NCBI GenBank assembly: GCA_002101225.1
Contig: LWTN01000244.1
Location: forward strand, 22,584 to 86,583
Source: Cycloclasticus sp. symbiont of Poecilosclerida sp. M
GTDB taxonomy: Bacteria; Pseudomonadota; Gammaproteobacteria; Methylococcales; Cycloclasticaceae
Reading direction: 5' to 3'
Length of the DNA stretch: 64,000 nucleotides
Made by a program: the position numbers and the translations under genes. The notes under the pieces are model-generated. The model did not search any database, had not been told where the DNA came from, and saw nothing but the letters and a program-made list of their open reading frames with translations. Below, piece after piece: positions 37,455 to 47,237 of this stretch. Each line of letters starts with the position of its first letter. Position 1 is the first letter of the stretch.

Positions 37455-38345
37455 TTGACTGAGAAAACTATAAATCAAACGCCCGAACACGCTAGTTGGA
37501 AGAGCTATTACGAGTTGTGTAAGCCAAAAGTCGTGATGTTGATTGTTTTCACCGCTGTAGTGGGTATGTTTTTAGCGGTGCCCGGCATGGTTCCTTGGCA
37601 GCCGTTAATTTTTGGAACCATAGGCATTGGCTTTGCGGCTTCATCGGCCGCAGCGATTAATCATTTTTTGGATCAAGAGTTTGATGCAAAAATGGCGCGT
37701 ACACAAGGGCGGCCTTTGCCGCATGGTGATCTTACGAGCGCACAGGTGTTGGGCTTTGCCTTCTCACTGGGCATCATTGCTATGTTGGTTTTAATATTTT
37801 TGGTTAATGAATTGACCGCACTTTTAACCTTTATCTCATTAATAGGTTACGCCGTCATTTACACCGTCTATTTAAAACACGCGACGCCACAGAACATTGT
37901 GATTGGCGGCGCGGCCGGCGCAGCGCCACCGGTACTTGGTTGGAGCGCGGTAACGGCGACAATTGACCCGCATTCTCTTTTATTATTTTTGATTATCTTT
38001 ATTTGGACGCCACCGCACTTTTGGGCTTTAGCTGTCGCGCGTAGAGATGAATATGCCAAGGCTGGGATCCCTATGTTACCGGTCACTCATGGGGCCGATT
38101 TTACCCGCTTACATATCGTGTTCTACACGGTCTTGTTGCTGCTAGTTACCTTGCTTCCATATTTAACAGGGATGAGTGGCTTGCTGTATTTGGTCACGGC
38201 GGTAGGGCTTGGTCTCAGATTTTTGTATTACGCGGTGCTGCTTAAAAAAACAGCCGACGATAAAATTGCTATGGAGGCCTTTAAATTTTCCATAATCTAT
38301 TTAATGGTTTTGTTTGCTGTTTTACTCATCGACCATTATATTTAA
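37455..38345 (+). CDS. cyoE: Protoheme IX farnesyltransferase (heme O synthase)
   Basis: [26 protein letters not shown]. Confidence 0.95.
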   Translation: MTEKTINQTPEHASWKSYYELCKPKVVMLIVFTAVVGMFLAVPGMVPWQPLIFGTIGIGFAASSAAAINHFLDQEFDAKMARTQGRPLPHGDLTSAQVLGFAFSLGIIAMLVLIFLVNELTALLTFISLIGYAVIYTVYLKHATPQNIVIGGAAGAAPPVLGWSAVTATIDPHSLLLFLIIFIWTPPHFWALAVARRDEYAKAGIPMLPVTHGADFTRLHIVFYTVLLLLVTLLPYLTGMSGLLYLVTAVGLGLRFLYYAVLLKKTADDKIAMEAFKFSIIYLMVLFAVLLIDHYI

Positions 38346-38374
38346 TAGACTACCTCACGATATCGGAGTGATAT

Positions 38375-38953
38375 ATGAAGCTTCTTATAATCTGCTTAAT
38401 GACACTGCTTCTGTGCGTCAGTGTTGCTGCGGCGAATGAGTTTACCGAAGGCCGAGATACAAATAGTGTACAGGCGGTTAAATCACTTGAAGGTTATGCA
38501 AAATATAAGATGGGGCAGTATAAAGAAGCGCGTGAAATCTGGTTGGAATTAGCAGAGCTAGATAATGCCACGGCGATGATCAATTTAGCTAATTTGTACG
38601 AGCAAGGACAAGGCGTTGATCAAGATTATAAACAATCAAATAGTTGGTTAGAAAAAGCGGCAGCGTTAAATGACCCAAGGGCTCAATTTCAGTTAGGTAT
38701 GGCCTATGAAAAAGGAACGGGCGTGGAAAGAAATCCGCAGCGAGCCGCTGAGTGGTTTGAAAAGGCAGCCATTAATGGCGATATGGTTGCGCAGTTTAAC
38801 CTTGGCGTTATGCTGGCGACGAACTATGGAGAAGGGCATGCAACGAGTAGTCCAACGCAACGCGAAAAAGCCACTTCGTGGTTAAAAAAGGCCGACGAGA
38901 ATGGACATACAGACGCCGCGGAATTCTTAAAGGTGTTAGCAACGCTTCAATAA
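38375..38953 (+). CDS. Exported Sel1-repeat protein
   Basis: Signal peptide; repeats AMINLANLYEQGQGV, AQFQLGMAYEKGTGV, AQFNLGVM. Confidence 0.88.
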   Translation: MKLLIICLMTLLLCVSVAAANEFTEGRDTNSVQAVKSLEGYAKYKMGQYKEAREIWLELAELDNATAMINLANLYEQGQGVDQDYKQSNSWLEKAAALNDPRAQFQLGMAYEKGTGVERNPQRAAEWFEKAAINGDMVAQFNLGVMLATNYGEGHATSSPTQREKATSWLKKADENGHTDAAEFLKVLATLQ

Positions 38954-38979
38954 TCTTGATGGGTTAAACTCACTTTTGC

Positions 38980-39534
38980 ATGCATAAACTAAAACAAAAA
39001 AATCGCATAAGTCAAATCATGGTGTCCTTAGCTTGGATATCACTTTTGGTAATGGTATCCATTGGTTTTGAGCGATACCTGCAAAAACAAGAAAACCCAA
39101 ATGATAGGCCTGCTGAAGTTCTTACAGCTGACGGTTCCACGGCTGTAGTGAAGCTATTACAAAACAGGCAAGGGCACTACATCGCAGAAGGGAAACTAAA
39201 CGGACACTGGGCAAGTTTGATTCTCGATACTGGTGCGACAAATATCAGCATCCCGGGTGATGTTGCAGATCGGATGGGGTTAAAAGAAGGGATACCAGAA
39301 AGAACGCGCACGGCCAACGGCGATATTATCGTTTTTAAAACGGTTTTGGATTCGGTGAAACTCGGTGCGATTGAGTTAGTAAATGTGCCAGCACACGTTA
39401 ATCCACACATGAAAGGTGAAGGTGTACTGCTTGGGATGAGTTTCTTAAAGCACCTCGATATGAATCAAAAAGACGGTGCGTTGACGCTACGCTTAAAACA
39501 AATTAAATCTATAGATAGCCGTAGCCGTTATTAA
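38980..39534 (+). CDS. Clan AA (retropepsin-like) aspartic protease, TIGR02281-like
   Basis: N-terminal TM, GHYIAEG, LILDTGAT, LLGMSFL. Confidence 0.9.
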   Translation: MHKLKQKNRISQIMVSLAWISLLVMVSIGFERYLQKQENPNDRPAEVLTADGSTAVVKLLQNRQGHYIAEGKLNGHWASLILDTGATNISIPGDVADRMGLKEGIPERTRTANGDIIVFKTVLDSVKLGAIELVNVPAHVNPHMKGEGVLLGMSFLKHLDMNQKDGALTLRLKQIKSIDSRSRY

Positions 39535-40412
39535 ACGAGCTGGTTTGAAGCTGATTCGAGTAAGTTAGCTTTAATCTTTTTCATGGCGTTACTTTCAATC
39601 TGCCTGATGCGTTCCGCTGAAACATTAAATTTATCAGCTAATTCATGCAAGGTAGCTTTTTTATCACCTAACCAGCGTTCTGCAAGTATCGCCTGACTGC
39701 GTGCGTCTAGATTACTTAGTGCGTTGTGTAGTAACTGAGTGTTACTTGAAGATTCATTCTGTGCTTCAACTACAGACGCAGGGTCGTGCTCTTCATTCGT
39801 TAAAAAAGCAGCCGGTGTGAAGTTTGTTTCCTCTGAACTAGCAGGCGAATCATCTTGGTGACCATCAAAGGCCATATCGTGGCTGCTGAGGCGTTTTTCC
39901 ATCTCATAAACGGCTGATTTATCAACGCCTAGGTCATTAGCGACCGCTTCAGCTTCAGATTCATTGAACCAAGCGAGGTTCTTTTTATTTTTTCTTAGGT
40001 TAAAAAATAATTTACGTTGGGCTTTAGTCGTAGCAATTTTAACGATGCGCCAGTTTTTAATTACGTACTCATGAATCTCAGATTTAATCCAATGTACGGC
40101 ATAAGAAACGAGGCGTACGCCAACGTCTGGATCGTAACGTTTTACGGCTTTCATCAAGCCAATGCTGCCTTCTTGAATCAGGTCAGGTAGTGCAAGACCA
40201 TAACCCATATAGCTACGGGAAATATGCACGACATAACGCATATGGGCTAAAACAAGCATACGCGCGGCCTCAAGGTCATTATTGTCACGTAAGCGAATAG
40301 CCAGCGCAATTTCTTGCTCTGCACTGAGCGCAGGTGTCGCACAGACTGACGTAATATAAGCGTCTAATGATCCTGCTGATAAGCTTGTAGGTACTGCTAA
40401 TGCTTGTGTCAT
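39531..40412 (-). CDS. rpoH: RNA polymerase sigma-32 factor
   Basis: DLIQEGSIGL; RpoH box QRKLFFNLR; downstream of ftsX. Confidence 0.97.
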   Translation of the reverse strand: MTQALAVPTSLSAGSLDAYITSVCATPALSAEQEIALAIRLRDNNDLEAARMLVLAHMRYVVHISRSYMGYGLALPDLIQEGSIGLMKAVKRYDPDVGVRLVSYAVHWIKSEIHEYVIKNWRIVKIATTKAQRKLFFNLRKNKKNLAWFNESEAEAVANDLGVDKSAVYEMEKRLSSHDMAFDGHQDDSPASSEETNFTPAAFLTNEEHDPASVVEAQNESSSNTQLLHNALSNLDARSQAILAERWLGDKKATLHELADKFNVSAERIRQIESNAMKKIKANLLESASNQLV

Positions 40413-40436
40413 AAGGCCTCTTATTCGTTAATGGTT

Positions 40437-40463
40437 TTAGCACTCACCACTTGAGAGTGCTAA
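40437..40463. promoter_or_regulatory. CIRCE element (HrcA operator) upstream of rpoH
   Basis: TTAGCACTC-ACCACTTGA-GAGTGCTAA, a perfect match to TTAGCACTC-N9-GAGTGCTAA, about 25 nt upstream of the rpoH ATG. Confidence 0.95.
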
Positions 40464-40478
40464 TTATAGCAAAAGTTC
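40452..40478 (-). promoter_or_regulatory. SigmaE-type promoter of rpoH (GAACTT-N16-TCTCA)
   Basis: Minus strand reads GAACTT ttgctataattagcac TCTCA, the same architecture as E. coli rpoH P3 (GAACTT-N16-TCTGA). Confidence 0.6.
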
Positions 40479-40541
40479 TTTAATTTGGGGACGTGTAAGC
40501 TTAAATTAGGGTGTTGAGGAAAAAAGAAGGGAATAAGACGG

Positions 40542-41501
40542 TTATTGCTCAAGGCGTGATAGGTGGCGGCTGACAACAACCCAAGAGCCGACAACACCGA
40601 GTAAAATTGCAAATACTAGCCAAAACAAAATGCTCAAAAAGGGCATATAACTAATTTGGAACGAGTTGCCATAGAGTTTAGAAAGAATACTCGTGGGGCC
40701 GTCAATTAGCCAAATAGAGAGGGTGACTAATAGGCACGCTAAAACCCCGCCAAAAACACCGTACCAAAAGCCGCTGTAAATAAATGGCCGGCGGATAAAA
40801 GCGCGAGTTGCCCCTACGAGGCGAGTTACGTCAATTTCATCGCGTCGGTTTTGTAGCTCTAAGCGAATGGTATTGCTGACGATAAGTAGAACCGCTATGC
40901 CGAGCAACAGAACAATGATGCTAACGGTGCGCTCGGCGATGTTGAGGAGTGCATTAAGGCGTTTCAGCCAAGCCATGTCGATTTGTACGTTCTGTGTTTC
41001 AGAGTTCTGCTCTAGTTCATCGCGGAGCGATTGTATGGCTTCTTCAGATAAATTATCGTCCGTAGGAGTTATCTGAATAAGGTGGGGCAAAGGGTTCTTT
41101 TCTAGCGTATTAAGTGCTGCGCCAAAGCCGCTATATTCGCGAAATTCTTCAAGGGCTTGTTGCTTATCTATCAAGCGAACATGACTGATTTTTGGATTTT
41201 CTTTAAGCGTGTTACTTAGGTGCTCAGCTGCTTCTTGTGTCACATGGTGTTTCAAGTAAAGCGAGATGTTATGGTTTAAATCGATATTTCCACTGATAGA
41301 TTTAAAGTTATCAATCGCAACGAGCATACCTGCTGGCAGTGACAGAGTGATTCCAATAACGCCGATAGTCATCATGAAATTAAAAGGTGTACGGGCAAGA
41401 CAGCCCAAGCTGGCAAAGAACGTATGCAGGTGAATGTGTATATACGCTGTAAGACCAAAAGGTGGCCCTGAATGAAGCGTGTTTTGCCGACGACTAGCCA
41501 T
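40542..41501 (-). CDS. ftsX: Cell-division ABC permease FtsX
   Basis: NPLP, LLIVSNTIRL, LVGATRAFIRRPF. Likely start is the ATG at 41501 (ORF track 41591). Confidence 0.93.
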   Translation of the reverse strand: MASRRQNTLHSGPPFGLTAYIHIHLHTFFASLGCLARTPFNFMMTIGVIGITLSLPAGMLVAIDNFKSISGNIDLNHNISLYLKHHVTQEAAEHLSNTLKENPKISHVRLIDKQQALEEFREYSGFGAALNTLEKNPLPHLIQITPTDDNLSEEAIQSLRDELEQNSETQNVQIDMAWLKRLNALLNIAERTVSIIVLLLGIAVLLIVSNTIRLELQNRRDEIDVTRLVGATRAFIRRPFIYSGFWYGVFGGVLACLLVTLSIWLIDGPTSILSKLYGNSFQISYMPFLSILFWLVFAILLGVVGSWVVVSRHLSRLEQ

Positions 41502-42165
41502 GGTAATCGTGTTCTTGAGGTAATTGCCCGCCAGACAATACGAGTGTGCGATAGCCAAGGCGGTTAATGAGTGAAATATCGTGGCTTGCAATTAATACCG
41601 TTACGCCCACTTGGTTAAATTGCTCAAACAAACCCATAATTTCTTCTGAAAGACGTGGGTCAAGGTTACCGGTTGGCTCGTCGGCCAAAAGCATAGGGGG
41701 TTTACTGACGATCGCACGCGCAATTCCTACACGTTGTTGTTCACCCCCAGATAATGAAATAGGGTAGCGTTGCTCTTTCCCAAGCAAGCCGACTTTATCA
41801 AGCGCGGCACGTACGCGTCGGCTGATATCTTGGTGTCTAAAGCCAGCTACTATTAAGGGTAACGATACGTTGTCGTAAACAGTCCGATCGTGTAATAAAC
41901 GGTGGTCTTGGAAAATCATGCCAATTTTTCTACGCGCAAAGGGGATATGTCGCTTAGCAATACGACTGATGTTTTGGTTGTCTAGTAAAACTTGTCCTTG
42001 CGTTGGTCGTTCGAGCAATGCAATCAGTTTAAGAAGCGTGCTTTTGCCGGCGCCAGAGTGACCAGTTAAAAAAGCCATTTCACCACGACCCAATTCGAAG
42101 TTAATATTCCTTAGCGCGTCTTTCCCACCGGTGTAGCGCTTGCTGACATTATTAAACTGCAACAT
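41494..42165 (-). CDS. ftsE: Cell-division ATP-binding protein FtsE
   Basis: GHSGAGKST, LSGGEQQR, LADEPTGNLD. Confidence 0.96.
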   Translation of the reverse strand: MLQFNNVSKRYTGGKDALRNINFELGRGEMAFLTGHSGAGKSTLLKLIALLERPTQGQVLLDNQNISRIAKRHIPFARRKIGMIFQDHRLLHDRTVYDNVSLPLIVAGFRHQDISRRVRAALDKVGLLGKEQRYPISLSGGEQQRVGIARAIVSKPPMLLADEPTGNLDPRLSEEIMGLFEQFNQVGVTVLIASHDISLINRLGYRTLVLSGGQLPQEHDYHG

Positions 42166-42170
42166 AAGGG

Positions 42171-43160
42171 CTAGCTTCCCTCGTCGCCTTGTTCAAATAA
42201 GGCTTGGGTGAAAGAGGATGCGTCAAATTCGCGTAAATCGTCTATTCCCTCGCCGATGCCGATGAAACGTATAGGTAACTTCATTTTGTTAGCAAGCGCA
42301 AAAATAATACCGCCTTTCGCTGTGCCGTCTAACTTGGTGAGCGTGATGCCCGTTAAGGGGGCTGCCTCATTAAATTTTTCCGCCTGCGCAAGGGCATTTT
42401 GCCCCGTGCCTGCATCAACTACTAACATTACCTCGTGCGGCGCGTTCTCATCAATTTTTTTAATCACACGATTTATTTTGCTTAACTCATTCATTAAGTT
42501 GGTCTGTGTGTGTAAGCGACCAGCGGTATCGGCGAGTAAGACATCAATGTTCTTAGCGCGTGCTTTTTCAAATGCATCGTAAATGACGGACGCTGAATCG
42601 GCACCGGTGTGTTGAGCGACGACGGCAATATCATTACGTTTACCCCACGTTTGTAACTGCTCAATTGCGGCGGCTCTAAAGGTATCACCCGCCGCTAACA
42701 TGACGCTTTTTCCTTCGGCTTGTAAACGTTTAGCAAGCTTACCGATGGTGGTGGTTTTCCCCATTCCGTTAACGCCTACGACGAGTACGACGAAAGGGCT
42801 ATTGCTCTCAGGTATTGCAAGAGTTTGTTGGCTAGGGCTTAAAATATCGAGCATTTCTTGTTGTAGCGCTTCGGTTAGTGCTTGTGGATCTGCAAGCTGT
42901 TTGCGTTCAACGCGCTCGGTTAAACTCGTGATAATTCGTTGGGTGGTTTCAATACCTAAATCGGCCATTAGTAATATAGCTTCAAGCTCCCCCAGTATTT
43001 CGTCATCAATGTGTTTTTTGCCGAGAAAAAGATTACCTAAGCCACCCGATATGCTCGAACGTGTATTGGCGAGTTGGGACTTTAAACGGCCAAGAAAAGC
43101 AACTTTTTCAGTTGCAGCTTCAGCAGAGGGAGGTGACTTTTTTTTACCAAATCCGAACAT
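42171..43160 (-). CDS. ftsY: Signal recognition particle receptor FtsY (short form, no long acidic domain)
   Basis: GVNGMGKTT, GDTFRAAA, DTAGR, TKLDGTAKGG. Confidence 0.97.
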   Translation of the reverse strand: MFGFGKKKSPPSAEAATEKVAFLGRLKSQLANTRSSISGGLGNLFLGKKHIDDEILGELEAILLMADLGIETTQRIITSLTERVERKQLADPQALTEALQQEMLDILSPSQQTLAIPESNSPFVVLVVGVNGMGKTTTIGKLAKRLQAEGKSVMLAAGDTFRAAAIEQLQTWGKRNDIAVVAQHTGADSASVIYDAFEKARAKNIDVLLADTAGRLHTQTNLMNELSKINRVIKKIDENAPHEVMLVVDAGTGQNALAQAEKFNEAAPLTGITLTKLDGTAKGGIIFALANKMKLPIRFIGIGEGIDDLREFDASSFTQALFEQGDEGS

Positions 43161-43226
43161 GTTATTGTGACTAATCCTATGGTGTATCGTAAAATGCCAA
43201 ACATCTTAACGTTAAGCGAGAACTGA

Positions 43227-44615
43227 ATGAACAAGTTATTTTTTGCCATTTTAACAAGCCTTATATTCAGTGTGATAAGCCCCGCTGTATTTGCGGCTGA
43301 GCAACCTGCTCAATTGCACAATATAGTACACGAAAAAGTACTAAAAAATGGCCTTAAAGTACTGGTTAAAGAAGACCGAAGAGCGCCCGTTATGGTTTCG
43401 CAAATTTGGTACAAGGTGGGGGCTAGTTACGAGCACGATGGGATAACCGGCTTGTCGCACGTGCTTGAGCACATGATGTTTCAGGGTACGGACAACCTTG
43501 AACCCGGTGAGTTTTCCAAAATTATTGCAGCTAATGGAGGACGTGAGAATGCCTTCACAGGTGCAGATTACACGGCATACTTTCAAACGATGGAAGCCTC
43601 CCGCTTAGAGGTGAGTATGCGGCTTGAATCTGAACGCATGCATCATTTAAACCTCCAAGAAAAAGAGTTCGTAAAAGAATTACAAGTCGTAATGGAGGAG
43701 CGGCGCTTGCGCACAGAAGATAAGCCGCAAGGCCAGGCGTATGAGTACTTTAAAGCAATCGCGTATACCAGCAGTCCGTACCGCAACCCGATTATTGGTT
43801 GGATGCAGGATTTGGAAGAGATGAAGCTGGTTGATTTATCGGATTGGTATAAACAGTGGTATGCACCGAACAACGCCACCTTAGTTGTCGTAGGTGACGT
43901 AAATGCCGATAAGGTATTTGAACTGGCCGAGCACTATTTTGGAGTGATTCCAGCGGTTCAACTTGAGCCTGTTAAACAACGAAAAGAAGTTAGTCAGGTG
44001 GGTGTGCGTCGTGGGGTTGTTAAACAGAAAGCCAAAGTTCCCTATCTATTGATGGGCTATAAAGTACCCGTTTTAAACACGGCAGATATAGAGTCTGATG
44101 TATATGCCTTAGAGGTCTTGTCGGGTATTTTAGACGGTGGCAGTAGCGCTCGATTGAACGCGAATTTAATTAGAGGCAAGCAAATAGCAGCAAGCGTGGG
44201 TGCGGGCTACGATTTAAACGCAAGACTAGATAGTTTATTTTTGTTTGATGGCGTGCCAACAGCGAAGCACTCTCTTGCGGAACTGGAAACAGCAATCATC
44301 ACAGAAATAACTAAGCTAAAAAACCAACTTGTGAAACCACAAGAATTAGATCGAATTAAGGCGCAGGTCATCGCATCGTCGGTTTATCAAAAAGATTCTA
44401 ATTTTTACCAAGCTATGCAATTGGGGATGTTGGAAACGGTTGGTATTGGTTGGGAAAAAGAAGCTGAATATCTCGATAAGGTAAAGGCGGTAACCGCTGC
44501 TCAAATTCAGGCTGTAGCAAAAAAATATTTAATCGAAGATTATTTGACGATTGTTTATATGGAGCCACAAGAAATGACGAGCGTAAAGAAGGTGGAGAAA
44601 AAGAATGCACAATAA
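43227..44615 (+). CDS. M16B metallopeptidase, catalytic subunit (exported)
   Basis: Signal peptide; inverted zinc motif HVLEH; ENAFT. Confidence 0.9.
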   Translation: MNKLFFAILTSLIFSVISPAVFAAEQPAQLHNIVHEKVLKNGLKVLVKEDRRAPVMVSQIWYKVGASYEHDGITGLSHVLEHMMFQGTDNLEPGEFSKIIAANGGRENAFTGADYTAYFQTMEASRLEVSMRLESERMHHLNLQEKEFVKELQVVMEERRLRTEDKPQGQAYEYFKAIAYTSSPYRNPIIGWMQDLEEMKLVDLSDWYKQWYAPNNATLVVVGDVNADKVFELAEHYFGVIPAVQLEPVKQRKEVSQVGVRRGVVKQKAKVPYLLMGYKVPVLNTADIESDVYALEVLSGILDGGSSARLNANLIRGKQIAASVGAGYDLNARLDSLFLFDGVPTAKHSLAELETAIITEITKLKNQLVKPQELDRIKAQVIASSVYQKDSNFYQAMQLGMLETVGIGWEKEAEYLDKVKAVTAAQIQAVAKKYLIEDYLTIVYMEPQEMTSVKKVEKKNAQ

Positions 44616-45924
44616 ACAAAGGTATTTCGTTGCGTGTATTTTATTTGGGTTTAGCACGGTGATTGGTGCCGTACCGACTATTCAACATTGGCAATTAGAA
44701 AATGGCGCTAAGGTTTATTTTGTACCCACTGAGGGTTTGCCAATCTTAGATGTACAGTTGGTGTTCGATGCAGGTAGTGCGCGTGACGGTAACAAGCTGG
44801 GTGTGGCCGCGTTAAGCAGTGCGTTACTTAATCAAGGTGCAGGCGATTTAAGTGCGCAACAAATTGCAGAAAAAATAGAAAGTGTTGGGGCTCAATTGGG
44901 TGCTTCTAGCTCAAGAGATTTTAGCAGCATTACTTTTAGAAGTTTGACTGACAAACAAACTTTGCAAACGTCGTGGTCCGTATTAGAGAGTGTATTAAAC
45001 ACACCCAGTTTTCCAAAAAAAGAATTTAACCGCTTAAAACAAAGCACCTTGTTGGCGATTAAGAAAAGGTCTGAGTCTCCAGGTACACTGGGGCAATTAG
45101 CCCTTTACGAACATATTTTTAATGCACATCCTTATGCAAACCCCATTCAGGGTAGGGCAGCTTCGGTTGAAGAGTTGGACTTGGGAGATATAAAAAAGTT
45201 TTATGCCAACCACTATGTGGGCAATAAATCAATTATCGTTTTAGTCGGTGGTATTTCCCGAAATCAGGCTGAAGCGTTGGTTAATCAGCTCGCGGGTAAG
45301 TTGAAAAGCGGCGAGAAATCATCACCTCTCGCAGCGGTAAAACCTTTATCTAAAGGTGCCGTTATTCAAATAGACTACCCGTCGCAACAGACCCATTTGT
45401 TATATGGCGTACCCGTTATTACTCATAATGACCCAGACTATTTCCCCTTGTTTGTTGGCAACCATATCTTAGGTGGCAGCGGCTTTAGTTCGCGCATTGT
45501 TCAAGAAATTCGTGAGAAACGTGGCTTGGCTTATAGTGCGTATAGTTACTTCCATCCGATGGTCGAAAAGGGTCCTTTTCTGATGGGTTTGCAAACGCGT
45601 AATGAAAAAGCACAAGAAGCAATAGCTGCGCTGAAGCAAACGCTCAAGGCATTCATTGAGTCGGGGCCGTCAGAGGATGAGCTTATCGCCGCTAAGAAAA
45701 ACATTAGTGGCGGCTTCGCGCTCAAGTTGGATAGCAATAAAAAATTAATCGGCAATGTTGTCAGCATTGTGGCCAGTGGTGCGCCGTTAAGTTACCTCAA
45801 CACTTACCTGGAAAACATTGAATCTATCACGCAGAAGCAAATAAAAGAGGCCTTTCAGCGTAGGATAAATATGGACCATATGGCGCTGGTTACGGTAGGC
45901 CAATTAGCTGATAAAGAGCAGTAA
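44605..45924 (+). CDS. M16B peptidase-like non-catalytic subunit (exported)
   Basis: M16 fold motifs (GNHILGGSGFSSRI, REKRGLAYS) but no HXXEH; coupled to the preceding gene. Confidence 0.87.
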   Translation: MHNKQRYFVACILFGFSTVIGAVPTIQHWQLENGAKVYFVPTEGLPILDVQLVFDAGSARDGNKLGVAALSSALLNQGAGDLSAQQIAEKIESVGAQLGASSSRDFSSITFRSLTDKQTLQTSWSVLESVLNTPSFPKKEFNRLKQSTLLAIKKRSESPGTLGQLALYEHIFNAHPYANPIQGRAASVEELDLGDIKKFYANHYVGNKSIIVLVGGISRNQAEALVNQLAGKLKSGEKSSPLAAVKPLSKGAVIQIDYPSQQTHLLYGVPVITHNDPDYFPLFVGNHILGGSGFSSRIVQEIREKRGLAYSAYSYFHPMVEKGPFLMGLQTRNEKAQEAIAALKQTLKAFIESGPSEDELIAAKKNISGGFALKLDSNKKLIGNVVSIVASGAPLSYLNTYLENIESITQKQIKEAFQRRINMDHMALVTVGQLADKEQ

Positions 45925-46495
45925 TGGCTAATAATAACCATGTGCGAATTATTGGTGGACGTTGGCGTGGTCGAAAAATAAACTTTCCTGACGTCGGCAG
46001 ATTAAGGCCAACAACAGACCCTGTTCGAGAAACCCTTTTTAACTGGTTGCAGCCGTATCTACCTCAGGCTAATTGCTTGGATTTATTTGCAGGCAGTGGG
46101 GCGCTTGGCTTTGAGGCGGCCTCAAGGGGCGCAAAGCACGTGTTGATGATTGAAAAAGAAAGTAACATCATTAAATCATTACGGGATAATAAAGAGCTGA
46201 TACAAGCGGATAATGTTCAATTGATGCATCGTACGGCGATGGATTTTTTAAAACATAAACCGAAAGCAGAAAATACGGCGTTTGATGTTGTATTTTTGGA
46301 CCCCCCTTTTCAAACTAGCGCTCTCCCTCAGCACACTGAATCACTTGAAGAAAGTGGTGTCTTGGCGGATGATGCAGTTATCTATTTGGAATGCGAACGT
46401 ACGTTAGACATGGGTTTTCTACCTAAAAACTGGTTAGAGCACCGTCGTAAAACAGCAGGCCAAGTGGCCTATTGTTTATTTCACCGAGAGAAATA

Positions 46496-46496
<1 letters not shown>
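45924..46496 (+). CDS. rsmD: 16S rRNA m2G966 methyltransferase
   Basis: RIIGGRWRGR, RETLFNWL, LDLFAGSGALG, FLDPPF. Confidence 0.95.
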
Positions 46497-47232
<736 letters not shown>

Positions 47233-47237
47233 AGGGC

